DNA of 63,163 nucleotides, the filler included, from Sanchytrium tribonematis (taxonomy: Eukaryota), in the NCBI GenBank assembly GCA_018985235.1. It is 9 parts of 9 records of this genome, joined end to end, with 100 filler letters (N's around TTAATTAATTAA, not from the genome) between each part and the next. Parts side by side here need not be neighbours in the genome. Positions count along the whole stretch, not along the records: positions 14,103 to 21,040 come from JADGIG010000480.1; positions 21,141 to 28,074 come from JADGIG010000481.1; positions 28,175 to 35,107 come from JADGIG010000482.1; 6 more parts are not named here. One strand, written 5' to 3'. Under the pieces are notes generated by a model that saw only the letters and a program-made list of their open reading frames with translations, was not told where the DNA came from and did no database searches. How positions within the stretch are numbered: the stretch's first letter is position 1; every line of letters begins with the position of its first letter. The position numbers were made by a program, and so were the translations under genes. Positions 20,549 through 32,329 of the stretch are shown in pieces.

Positions 20549-20777
20549 GTAAAATGTGGGTCCATCTTGGTATTTATCTTTTAATTAATAATGCAAGGTT
20601 TGCATCGACCAGTAATGCGCATCACATAATTTGCAAGCACTTGCTGCAAAACAGTTTGAAATGGACTTTCAAATCAATAATTTTTGATACAAATGTCCAC
20701 AACTTTCTTTTTACTTTTTAGTCAATCACAGTGTGTTTACCCGGACAATAAATTAAACTCGATATTTTTTGATACAA

Positions 20778-21040
20778 ATGTCCACCCGTGAATTTCTACT
20801 CTTTGGCGTGCTCTGTTATGTATTGTACATCACAAAACCATCTATATCTGACTTGGAAATGTATTGTCAAGGCTATCCTATTAATATCCATATTGCCCAA
20901 TTCATGATTTGCAATTCCAAATTAATTATTGGAGTTGCAAATCAAATTAAAGTCATTCATAATGTACCCTATTTACATAATATTGAATATTATATGCCAT
21001 TATTAGATTATTCATCCTCGTTTGCATCCCATTACTTTAA
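20778..21040 (+). CDS. Hypothetical protein with N-terminal hydrophobic segment (3' partial)
   Basis: MSTREFLLFGVLCYVLYITKPS...; a degenerate copy of its 5' end lies at ~19130-19172. Confidence 0.5.
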
Positions 21041-21905
21041 NNNNNNNNNNNNNNNNNNNNNNNNNNNNNNNNNNNNNNNNNNNNTTAATTAATTAANNNN
21101 NNNNNNNNNNNNNNNNNNNNNNNNNNNNNNNNNNNNNNNNTTTACCAAGGGGGGAAACTCTCAAATTTATGTTCACGTGATTAATTTGCACCCAATCAAA
21201 GTCATTGTACAAGTCCTGGGGTTGCAAACAATTGATTAGTTTTAAGCCAATCAGCGTGGTTACGTCGTGTTTTAAATTCACATGACTCCCCGTTTGGTAA
21301 ATGGCAAAAGGAAAAGGATTATTCAAAACAAAGTCCCGTAACGAACGTAAGTACTGCAAGAAGCATGATACTTCGGCTCTAAATTTTACGGCAAATCGCC
21401 TTAAATAACGGATTATGCAGGCCGTTAATCTTTACATTCGCCCTCCGGCAAATATAGCACGTGACACCGACGAACACCACGAATATGAACGTGTGGTATC
21501 GGCGTTTTGAGGGGCTTATCGAGAAGCATTGGAAAGAGTGGAATTGGAGCAAGATGAATTCGAATGGATAAGAATCGTAGCCACACGTTTACTGTTTGAT
21601 TGTTAAGCGAGAACAATTATTTATTAAAATTTGGTTTTAATGCAGCTTTCTAGTATGCTTTTCCCAAATAAAACAATCCGTGTTTCAACTTAAGAATGGG
21701 GATGTGCAGTCCCAATATGGGAGCTGCAGCCATCGTCAGAACACGTGATTGGTACAAGGGGTTCCCAAAACACATAAATACCGGCTCTCCCCCAAATAAA
21801 TATCTTTCTTCACTTGAATACGAGTTATAAGCCCTTGGTGGGGTCACCAGATTATCAAAGTAGAAAACATCATTTTAAAAGATTTTAAAGAAAAGAAAGA
21901 AAAAG

Positions 21906-23695
21906 GTGCCTTTAATAAAAAGGATTTGGCAGGCTTTGAGCCTAAGACAATTGCGTCACACGCCTCAAAGTTGGAAAGCTATAATGGTGGACCATTGGGA
22001 TCAATGGAAGGAAATATGGCACCACGTAAGAGAAAGTCTTATGTTCGACCAGAATTTCAAAAGAAATATTAATACAATCAATATGACAAAGGCGCAAATA
22101 CTGGCAAGAGAAAAGCCTGATAAGTTTAAAGCTCAGTGCTTTGGATGTGGCAAATTAGGTCATTTTAGCCGAGACTGCCCTTAGAAAAAGAAGGGTTTTT
22201 TAAAACCTGATATGAGCAGACTTAACACATTCACTTTTTCAAATAAACCAGTTGAACCTTATTCTGTCAAGCAGAGACTGTTCGAAGTTCAAGTTAAATT
22301 GAACAATATTGAATCAACAGTCTATTCCTAACCTTATTTCAGTGCAGTTTGCACTTGATAATAATTTTACAAACTGAGAACGAATAGACTGTTCTGATAT
22401 AGTGGTACCTAATGGGAATAAAATGAACGTCATTGGGCAGATTAAGCTTAACATTGACAAGTTTAATTCGCGTACAAGTGACACGGATGATTAGAGATTT
22501 ATTCCGATTGAGGAAAGTGCTGAAGACATGAACTTTGGTCCTGATTTTGAAGAATCAGAGCTTTCTTATGAACCTGTTAACATGGGATAGGAACTAGGCG
22601 CTGATCTTAAGGCCAGATTCTTTTTGTTATTGGAAAGTTTTAAGCATTCAATCAAGTTTAAAAGTGAACCCTTTAGACAAAAACAGTATTGAGCATCTAA
22701 AGCTCATAAGGAACTAAATCAGAAAGAAATTCATTATATGATTGAGAAAGAGTCATTGTGCCTTCTAGCTCAGCATTCGCAAGTCCTATCGTGATTGTTC
22801 CTAAACCCAATGGAAAATGGAGATTTTGTGTTGATTTCCGTAAATTAAACGAAAAAAAACAGAATCAGACAACTACTTAATTCCGAATGTGCAGGAACGA
22901 TTGTCAAATCTTAAAGGCGCTAAGTTCTTTAACAAAATTGATCTATCTGCAGAGTATTGGCAGATTCCTTTAAAAAAAGATGATCAAGACGAAACAGCAT
23001 TTATAACTAATGGCCAGCAATATGAGTTTACAGTAAAGCCATTTGGGCCTTAAAACGGCTCCAGCAACATTTCAAAGAATGATGGATACAATGTTTGAGG
23101 ATCTTATTAATCAAGGAGTCTTGGTTTACTTAGATAATTCACTCATTTATGCTGAGTCAGTAGATAAATTATGTGATCTGACTGTGGAAGTCTTAAAGAG
23201 ACTTGAAGCTAATAAATGTGATTTCGGATTCGAATCTATCGAATACCTAGGTTAGAAGGTAAGTGGCCTTGGAATACATATATCTATGGATAAGGTCAAG
23301 GCAATAAGAGACTTGCCTATACCTAAGACGCAGAAAGCGTTGAGAAGATTTTTAGGAATGGCTTCATATTATAGAAATTTCATCCCCGGTTATTCAACAA
23401 TGATTGCACTATTGAATAGACTTTTGTCGAAGAAAACTAAATTTAAATTTGAAACAAGTCAGTACTCGTGCAATTAAACAGCTTAAAGAGGCTCTTTGCT
23501 CGGAAGATCCAAATTATAAAGTCTTAAGACATCCAGACTATACTAAAACATTTACTATCTTTACAGATGCTTCCAATTATGGAGTTGGTGCTGTATTGAT
23601 GCAAGATAGCTATCCTATATGGTACACGTCTCGGTCATTAAATGACTTAGAAAAAGTACGATACAAGGGAAAATGAGGCAATAGCTATAATTTTA
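21906..23695 (+). mobile_element. Decayed Ty3/Gypsy-type LTR retrotransposon (gag zinc knuckle, RT, partial RNase H; no integrase or LTR seen)
   Basis: CFGCGKLGHFSRDC; SPIVIVPKPNGKWRFCVDFRKLN; KIDL..YWQIP; PFGLKTAPATFQRMM; YLDN (degenerate YLDD); FLGMASYYRNFI; FTDASNYGVGAVL; multiple stops and frameshifts. Confidence 0.9.
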
Positions 23696-24075
23696 AAATT
23701 ACAAAAAGGAGCGGATGTTTCTAGCTGATGTTACCCCTGTTTCAAAGAGTTGTACTTTGAGTTAAATAAATTATTACAAACAAATCTATAAACTAACATT
23801 ACTTAGACATTTACAACCACATAGAGAACTCGAATATATTATCTATGTTGGGGAATTAACAATGATTCTTTATTTAAATTGCAAATGGGCTGCATGTATT
23901 TAGTGCAGATACCTTTTATTGAGTCATCAATATATTAAATAGATATTATCAGCTGATTGAAACAATGCTTTATTATTTCACATTATGGCACCCAGCGGAT
24001 CTTTTTGGCTAATGATATTTTCAGCTCTTTTAACAATATCAGCTTTTTTTCTCTTTTAGGGGATCTCCTGTAAAC

Positions 24076-25602
24076 ATGAATAATTTTCCAACTACTACTA
24101 CTATCAAACCGATTGATTTGACACAGCAAATACAAATTACAACAGAATCAAAGCAAATTGGAACTGCTAAGCTTTATAAAGCCAAATTAAAAGGATTTAT
24201 TGAGTTTATTGAAGATGCAGGTTACTCATTAGACATAACAACAAGTCAACATCCTATATTAATAGCACAATATTTACATCAATCTACAATAAAGCATCCT
24301 GCAGATGTAAATAATTCAAATACAGTTTATTACAGTGAACGTCATTGGTACAACACTTGGTCAGCATTAGCAGATCATTACAATACTTTTCTTGTCGCTG
24401 GATGGGCAAAAGAATATGAACAGCACGATATCGCAACAATTTTAGACATTTTTGTAACACCTCCCATCAATTTAAATTTGAGAATGTTATCCAATCCACT
24501 TGATTCTATCCACGTAAAAACCCGCAAATCCTTACTCAAAAAGATCAATTTAAATAGTGAGAGATCAAAAGCATCCGATATATTACTGCCAGGTGACTTA
24601 TACTCATTTCGTACTTTTGATTTTAGTTTATATGATCATTCAGAGGGAATGCTATTTTACAGTTTTGGTGATATTTGTGATTTAAAGTGGAAAAATGTCA
24701 AATTTGGAATTTCCGCAAATCCTGATGATCCCTCTCAAATAGTGCAGTTTATTCAAATAAAATGAGATATAGAAAACTGACATAAAGAAAAATGGAGTAT
24801 CACGTAAAATCTATCCAAGATTTAGTTCAAAAGAGTCTCTTGACTGTGCTTTTAATTTATTTCAAAAATGGCATAATGCCGTATTAACTATGCTGAATGG
24901 GCGTATTGATCCCCAATTGTATGTATTTCTAAATTTTATTTGTAGAAATAAGTAAGGAATGGTTGATTTCCAATTTAATGATAGATTATTTGAAAAGGCT
25001 ATAATGCCCATAATCATTAAGTTTTTGACCACATCCAAGATCCTTACTAATGGCAAGACTCATTGCTTAAGCCGTTCAGGTGCACAAATTCTTGCAGTTT
25101 ACCAAACAACTGGAGCAAGATGAAATTTATCACTAGTGAGATCATATTGCGGGTGGACGTGTGCGAGTAAAAGAGAAATGATGTCTAGGTATCTCATACA
25201 CTGTGCTAAAATCTAGAAGATGAGTCCCTAGAAGCATTCAATCCATTCCTAGGTAAAAAAAATATTATTACTAGTGATGAGGTATCACAACAACTGTCTT
25301 CCAAAAAAGCATCCAAATCATTGTTTTTAAGACTTACAGTATCCAAAAAGAGGTTGGAATCCTTGCCGGACATTGTTATAAATGAATGGTACAATGATCC
25401 GTATAAAATTAAAATTTTGGTAAATAAACCAGTAAACAAGAACTCCAGAATTATTAACAAATTGTATGAATGGCATAAATTGGGAAATTTATTAGAGCAT
25501 TTAGGAAATGATAAATTTATTAGAAAATATGAAAACAAGACTTGGAAAGTGATGTTAAGAGATGGATGTGAATATGTGCGAAGTAGTGGGTTAAATAAAT
25601 AG
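24076..25602 (+). mobile_element. Decayed tyrosine-recombinase gene of Crypton-like type
   Basis: DICDLKWKNV, RKTD (~24771), then at 25049-25210 GKTHCLSRSGAQ..R*NLSLVRSYCGW..MMSRYL, which fits the YR HxxR..GW..Y catalytic layout; in-frame stops. Confidence 0.65.
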
Positions 25603-25999
25603 ACTGGAAGACCATCAAAGCAACAGGATATCATTGTGCTTGCGACTGATTCAAAAAGCAATAAATATTTATTCAACAACCACAATTGACTTGTTTGTCT
25701 TATTAAAGTATAATGCCATCAAATAACAGTCGGCCACATCGTCAATATTATTCAATTGTATCAATTCATTGTATACGTTATCTCCAAATTGTAATCTTTT
25801 ATCTCTTCAATGTTTCTTAAATATGTCTATTGATAATTGCTTTACAGCAGCACGATTATATTTTTATGGTTGCAAGAATGTTGTAAAAGGGTCTTGCCAA
25901 ATGTAAAGCGACTACGAGGACTGCAACCAAACAACATGCTTCCTCGATCCTTTTAAATAAGAAGGTAGCGAATATTGAATGACATTGTTGCATAATAAA

Positions 26000-26697
26000 G
26001 AGTAATTTGATTTTCCTTTGCAACAAGCTAGCTGAACCTCTACAATAAAAGCATCTACGTCGCTTTATTTTGCCTTTATAGTTTCTAATAAATTCAATAC
26101 AAATTCCCAGTTTAGTGTGTCTATTTGATAAAAGTTGAAGCTTTTAAGTATGAATAGTTGCTCATTTGTCTCAATTACACACACTACAGTGTTTAGTTTG
26201 CCAACATATAATGGACACAAAAGACACCATGCAGTAAAATATCAATCGTGTATTCTTTGGAATAGAATTATTGTACATCTTTCAGATGTTTTTGAAGGCA
26301 AAAAGCATGATGTCGCTATTTCGGGAGAATCAGGGTTACTATTAAAACTAGAGCAATATCAAAAACAGTTTAGTGAATACAATTTATTTGTATATGGGGA
26401 TCCAGCCTATTAAGTGGGTCGAAGTATAATTTCTCCATATAAGGGCACAAACAATACCATAGCAATGACATTATTTAATACATGCATGCATCATTCAGAA
26501 TATGTGTAGAATGGGGATTTGGTAAGGTGGTAATGGACTGGGCATTTCTTGATTTTTACAAAAATCTAAAATTATATAAACAACCAGTGGCTAAATTGTA
26601 TGCTGTTGGAGTGCTGTTATCAAACATTAGATCATGCTACTACAATAATCAAACATCTCAAGCATTTGGTATTCCTGTTTCATCAATTCATACTTAA
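26000..26697 (+). mobile_element. Decayed PIF/Harbinger DDE transposase (DDE_Tnp_4-like)
   Basis: YNGHKRHHAVKYQS, GKKHD, YGDPAY, RICVEWGFGKV..WAFLDFYKNLK..PVAKLY.VGVLLSNIRSCYY.NQTSQ.F; stops and frameshifts. Confidence 0.88.
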
Positions 26698-26710
26698 AAA
26701 AAATAAATAA

Positions 26711-27400
26711 TTTATTTATTTCCAAATTTTTCATTTTTAATGACAACCACATGTCTCTCATCATTGCATTTTCTTGCTCTTTATTCATGGCATTCTTTGA
26801 ATCTACTTCCACTTTCTTTTCTTCAATCAAAATTCGTTTTTCATCCAATTGCAGTCTTTTTTCTTCAATCGCAACTTTTTTTTTCTCAATTTCTTCCAAA
26901 GTGGTCAGGTTAATAATATTACTAGGTTTATGTTTACCCTCATCCTTGGACTTTTCATTGAAGGTCGCATTTCAAATGCCACTTTCTAATCCTTTTCTAC
27001 TTGGATCTTTTGCTTTTCTTTATCTTCCTTTTTGTTGGCTTGTTTGCTGTTGAAATCTTCAAATAACTCACTACACTCCAAAGTAATTTGATCATGCTCA
27101 GTAAATTCACCAGGATCCCCACTTTTCCATTGATTTGCCAAATCATCTTTTTTAAATTTTTCCATTTTTTGCTAGAAACGACGCTGACAGCTCACACCAG
27201 ATGGCACTACACCATATTTACCACCTTAAAATGCACCCAATCTCATCCCACTTGATCATCTGCTTGCCAGGAAAACGATAAGGAAAATTTGCCAAAGTTT
27301 CCTTTAATCAATCGTATTCCCGCTCCGCAGAATTTAATCTGAACTGTTTGGGTTTACTTGAAGCTGTTTCTGAAGCATTTGAGGGCAAGTTGGAGGACAT
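26711..27400 (-). pseudogene. Harbinger companion Myb/SANT-like + coiled-coil ORF, decayed, convergent on the transposase
   Basis: ATG 27400; WDEI..SGVSCQRRF..KSG..E motif; EEIEKKKVAIEEKRLQLDEKR coiled coil. The two-gene layout is typical of Harbinger elements. Confidence 0.7.
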
Positions 27401-28174
27401 TTCTTATTTGTAAATCAATTTACAGGGGAAATTTAGAAAGAGGAGGATTTATTAACATACCGAGGCTGAAGGATATGTATTCGATCCCACAAATGCATTA
27501 ATTTTGCGTCTAGCTCTTTCCCGATAATCAATATCTTATGCAAATTTAGTACAATTAATACAATTCCAACTCAAAGCATCCAAATGAAACTCCAGTTTAT
27601 GTGCCATGTGCAATAAGTAGCTTTTAAGGAATATAACTCGATTATTTAGCCTATTAGATCATATTACGTCAGTCAGCCAAATATCTTTCATCTTCTATTT
27701 TTTTATATTTGTTTTTTTATTTTAAGTGTAAAAAGAAAAGTGTTGAGTGTAAAGTTTGTTTGTGGAGTTTAACGAGAAGGAACTCGGACTACTTTCATCA
27801 ACTTCAGAAGAACTCTAAAAACTAGTTTAGAACATTATGTAAGTGTTTGTAAACTTATTTCGCATTAAAAGAACATATGGATCCAATGGCTTCCTTGTCC
27901 AAAGCGACTTTGACTTTGTGACACATCGAATCTGTTTTGTTTTTTTAATAACTAAATTTTATTTGTGGGCTTTCATTTACATTTGGATGGTCCTTGGGAT
28001 TTGCGGCTAACTCGTATAATAAATTGATTGGTTCCTTAATAGAGGCAAGAGGATCCCCGCGAATTTCTATATATNNNNNNNNNNNNNNNNNNNNNNNNNN
28101 NNNNNNNNNNNNNNNNNNTTAATTAATTAANNNNNNNNNNNNNNNNNNNNNNNNNNNNNNNNNNNNNNNNNNNN

Positions 28175-30533
28175 CCTGACGATTCAAACGCTTGGTATGC
28201 ACACTTTACTTATTTTTATGCAATATCTTTCTCTCTTTATTTTTTTATATTCAAAGTCAACTCTATGTTCATTGATTTTCGACAAAAACATTTGATGTTG
28301 TCAGCAAAACGAAATTATGTAAATTCCAGGAGTATTTTGGTTCAAGGCATTCCGCATGCGATGAGATCTGGTCCTTACCTCAATCAATTTTTCAACAGTA
28401 TCAACATTGGTGAAGTTGATCAAGTCATAGTATTTAGAAACTTTAGCTCCTTACTGAAAATTATAAAGCGCAGGTACAACGCGATCGTCGCTTTAGAGCG
28501 ACTGTATGAAGATTGGCTAAAAATTTCTTTAAAGAAGACAACCGGCCAAGATTTGCAAAGAATGATGAGTAGTACTTCCTTAGAACTAAATAATGTCAGT
28601 AATTCTAGATCCTCGTTGATCGCTCCAAAATTGCCGTTAAGAAAGTCAAGCTCGCCATCTATTTTGCCTACAGATGGATATGATATCAAGCAGTTCTCTC
28701 CTCATGCCTTTCCTATTGCAGGACACACTCCGTTGCCAAATTCCACGTATAAGAATCTTCCTGGTCACTGGAGACCACGAAAGTGGAAGAAAACTCCTTT
28801 GCCTAATATGTTTGCGCCTTTATACTGGGTTATTTTTCACATTGTCAAAAAAATTGGCGGAAGTAATCATTCCTTTCCAGATGCTTATAAAAAGGACGCC
28901 ATCGACCATTATTTTGAAAAATTTAAAAAGTATGATCTCCAAGTATCTCAAGTGCGCAGTTGGTATTCAAAAAATATAGATCTTTTTGATGAAGAATACT
29001 CCAACAATTTTAGACAAGATCTTGCTAACTTTACAACGGAGTCTACTAAACAATTCTTGATGGAGCAATACTTAGAATTTAAGAAATTATCGAAAAAGTT
29101 TTTAGAATTGGCCAAAATCGACAAGCTTCAAAATGCAATCAGCGTTGGCGATATTGATCAACAAAGGTCTGATCTTCAAGATATAGTGGACATCGACGAT
29201 TTTGAACCTACTTCTAGTGCTATTGTTACTTTTAGATCCACCGTCAGTGCCCAAGTTGCTTCTCAGATTTTGATGCATCGAGTTCCTATAGTTTTGAAGT
29301 GCACTCTCGCCCCATCTTATACTGATCTTTACTATTCTAACCTATCATATCCTCCTATTGTTAACTATATAAGGTATGCTGCAGTTTTAGCTGGCATATT
29401 GGCTTTGATTATTTCATGGAATGTCGTCATGGGAGCCATTACGACTTTATTTCTAAATGAAAAAACGCTGACATTCTTATTTCCTTCTGAGTCAGTAAGA
29501 GAATTTATGCAATCGGTCATACCGCCTCTTATTCTTAATATTAGCGTTAGTTTTTTACCAATGCTATTTACTATGACAGCAAAATTTCAAGGACTCATAA
29601 GTTGGTCATCAATCGAGCATGATGTCATATCAAAATATTTTACTTTTTTAGTTGTAAATGTTTTAATCTGTAGTTTTTACTTATATAGTGTATCAGACTT
29701 TTACTTTTGGCACTAATTTAATCGTCCAATTTCTTTATGATCAAAATATTGGAGATCTGACGGAAAAGTTGAGAAAGGTTCTTCAAGGCATGGCACCTTT
29801 CATGGTGTCTTATGTGTTTCTACAAGCTGTCCTCCAAGTTCCTCTGGATATTTCCAGATTACAGATTATTGGTTTATCAAGGCTAACCAGGATATTTTCA
29901 AAAACTCCAAGGGAACAGGCCGTCAATTTTAAAACTGCTCCGGCAATCGATTATGGTGCCTTAGTGCCAGTTCCTTTATTTATTTTTTTATTGTCCATTG
30001 TTTATAGTGTATTGGAGCCGATGATGATGCCAATCTGTGCATTTTATTTTTTAGTGCAAAGAATATGTAGAAAGTATTGCTTTTTATTTATTTACGAACG
30101 CAGATACGAGACAGGAGGACAAATGATTGTTAGCAATGTCACAAACTTTACTTTTGTTGCTTTGGTACTTTACCACATCACATCCATCGCCTATTTGGGA
30201 ATCAAGAATAGATTTTTACTATCTGGGCTACTGATACCTCTTTTGATAATTGACGCCATACTCATTTACTATGCAAATACAATCTTGAAAGAAAGAATGC
30301 AGTTTTTACCAGGTTCTTTAATTAGTGAGAATTCTGTAGGGTCACCAGAATTTCAAGAGCCACAGCCTGAAGTTGACATATCTAACGCACAAGCTTATGG
30401 CGATGAGGAGCGGATGGTATTTGGTGACTATAGCCATGTGCTGCCACAACACCACCCAGATATTGATCGCGAATATCAGCATCCAGCTATTTCTGGAAAA
30501 CTGAGCAAAGTTTGGTTTAAAACAGAATTTTAA
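28175..30533 (+). CDS. OSCA/TMEM63 (CSC1/RSN1) calcium-permeable channel (5' partial; intron 29670-29688)
   Basis: WYAHF, SRSILVQGIP, SAIVTF..AQ, LAP..D..YSNL, KYFTFLVVNV, KTPRE, IVYSVLEP, KY..LFIY..YETGG; two track ORFs joined by a 19-nt intron. Confidence 0.9.
29670..29688 (+). other. 19-nt spliceosomal intron (phase 1) in the OSCA/TMEM63 gene
   Basis: GTAGTTTTTACTTATATAG; joins the two frames (VNVLIL-YQTFTFG). Confidence 0.88.
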
Positions 30534-30616
30534 ATCCATCTCTATTAGAAATCTTCTTAATCACAAAACGATACAATTTAATAAACAGTTTCCTAATATT
30601 TTCTCCTCTCAAAACA

Positions 30617-31768
30617 ATGATCTTGAATCGTACTATTTTTCCTTCTTTATGGTCAAATTTAATTGCAAAACCAGATAATTTTACCACAAACGATATCCAA
30701 AAACTAATTCAATATAAAATATTTCGAGAAAAGCCTAGGAATCAAATGCCTAATTGGAAATTAATCGATCCTTTCATACAATTGGGACTGCGCTCTAAAA
30801 AAGTAGAATTACCCAATATTTACTATTATTCACTGTTTCATTTATACTCTCACAGTCAAGAATCTAAAAAAGTTGAAATATTATACAACCACTACGACCA
30901 ATTTGGAAAAGCTGATTTAATAATTAAAACAGATTTATTGTCTCACTACGTATCAACATTTCAAATAGAAAAAGCTCAAAACTGGTTTAATTCTATGAAT
31001 CCAATAAAGCCAATTGCTTTAAATTTAATGTTACGCCTGTATTCTCAAATTCCAGACATCGAGAAACTCAAATCTATTTTAAGACCTAAATTTGACGTGG
31101 ATATAGCATTAGCAGAACCTCAAGATATAGTGGATGAGACGGATTATCAGTCTAAACTGGAGAATTACTTTTGTTTTGCTTTGAATCTACTTAAGACCAA
31201 TTTATTTAAAAAGGGTTCAAGAATAATGGCTAATCGAACCAATGAATTCACTCAGCTGTTTGGGGTCGACAAAGAAATCGTTGTAGAAAGTGCATACGGA
31301 AAAAGCAGATACCACGGCATGATTCATCCTTGTCAAAAACAATACCGAACCTTGATTTTTGCGTACGCAAACAATAGAGAACCGTTGAATTCATTTCAAA
31401 TTTTTAATTGGCTATTACAATCAGGGAAGCAAGTCCACGTTAACCACATAAATGCATTATTGTATAGCGTTGTTGACAATCCAATCAAATTCGAGATATT
31501 TTCTAAATTTTTTGATATAATTGAACCCAATACTGTAACCTATAATTTAATGATGATGAATTCTGAAGACGACATCCAAATCAAACTATACCAGCGAATG
31601 CTTCTCCAATCTGTTAAACCCAATCTTATTACTCAAAATATTTTGAATCATAGAACAATACTTGCCAAAGACTTGATGATTGAAAAACCAAAAAACGTAT
31701 GGTTTAATACGGAGACTGATAGCTGCCATTCAAAATTCGATGAACTTTTACCAAATTTATTCAAGTAA
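30617..31768 (+). CDS. Pentatricopeptide-repeat-like protein, probably mitochondrial
   Basis: Motifs QYRTLIFAYAN..FQIFNWL, EPNTVTYNLMM, LYQRMLLQSVKPNLITQNIL. Confidence 0.7.
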   Translation: MILNRTIFPSLWSNLIAKPDNFTTNDIQKLIQYKIFREKPRNQMPNWKLIDPFIQLGLRSKKVELPNIYYYSLFHLYSHSQESKKVEILYNHYDQFGKADLIIKTDLLSHYVSTFQIEKAQNWFNSMNPIKPIALNLMLRLYSQIPDIEKLKSILRPKFDVDIALAEPQDIVDETDYQSKLENYFCFALNLLKTNLFKKGSRIMANRTNEFTQLFGVDKEIVVESAYGKSRYHGMIHPCQKQYRTLIFAYANNREPLNSFQIFNWLLQSGKQVHVNHINALLYSVVDNPIKFEIFSKFFDIIEPNTVTYNLMMMNSEDDIQIKLYQRMLLQSVKPNLITQNILNHRTILAKDLMIEKPKNVWFNTETDSCHSKFDELLPNLFK

Positions 31769-31810
31769 TGCTTTTGTCAATAAATATTTCTTGTACAATG
31801 GTGAAACCCC

Positions 31811-32329
31811 ATGCAACAATTTCGACGGACTGCCCCATACGTGGGCCCTATTCTTTTATTTTCCTTTTACTGCAAGGAAAACTTTCATTTTGTGAAAGTG
31901 CAAGGCATGTCAATGCACCCCAACATCGACCATGGTGATTATCTTCTTGGCTACAAATGCAACATTGAATATCTGGAAAATGGGGATGTAATTTTACTAA
32001 GGTCTCCCCAAAATGGCACTTTACAAGTGAAGCGGTTGGTTAGCAAAAAGCTGGTAATCCCAGATCCAGATTCTAAATTTTACGTTGGTCCGGGCGAGGG
32101 ATTACTTTTACCAAAAGGCACTGTCTGGGTTGAAGGAGATTTCAACAGAACTTCCCAAGACTCTAATTATTATGGTCCTCTGGTTTCTAGCGCTATTCTT
32201 GGAAAACTAGTGTACAAAGTGAACAAATTTGAAAAATTAAAAAAGCAAAATGAGAGATATTCGAAAAGACTAACATTATTTAGTGGGAAATTTATTGAAC
32301 ATCCTTGGTGGTGGTATTATAATATTTAA
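31811..32329 (+). CDS. IMP2: Mitochondrial inner membrane peptidase subunit (S26, Imp2-like)
   Basis: VQGMSMHP (Ser), VKRLV (Lys), VWVEGD, SQDSNYYGP. Confidence 0.8.
   Translation: MQQFRRTAPYVGPILLFSFYCKENFHFVKVQGMSMHPNIDHGDYLLGYKCNIEYLENGDVILLRSPQNGTLQVKRLVSKKLVIPDPDSKFYVGPGEGLLLPKGTVWVEGDFNRTSQDSNYYGPLVSSAILGKLVYKVNKFEKLKKQNERYSKRLTLFSGKFIEHPWWWYYNI

Noticed and set aside
21141..21850. Short minus-strand ORFs and a possible LTR/PBS upstream of the Gypsy relic
   Set aside because: No recognisable motif, and I could not find a matching second LTR or a tRNA primer-binding site.
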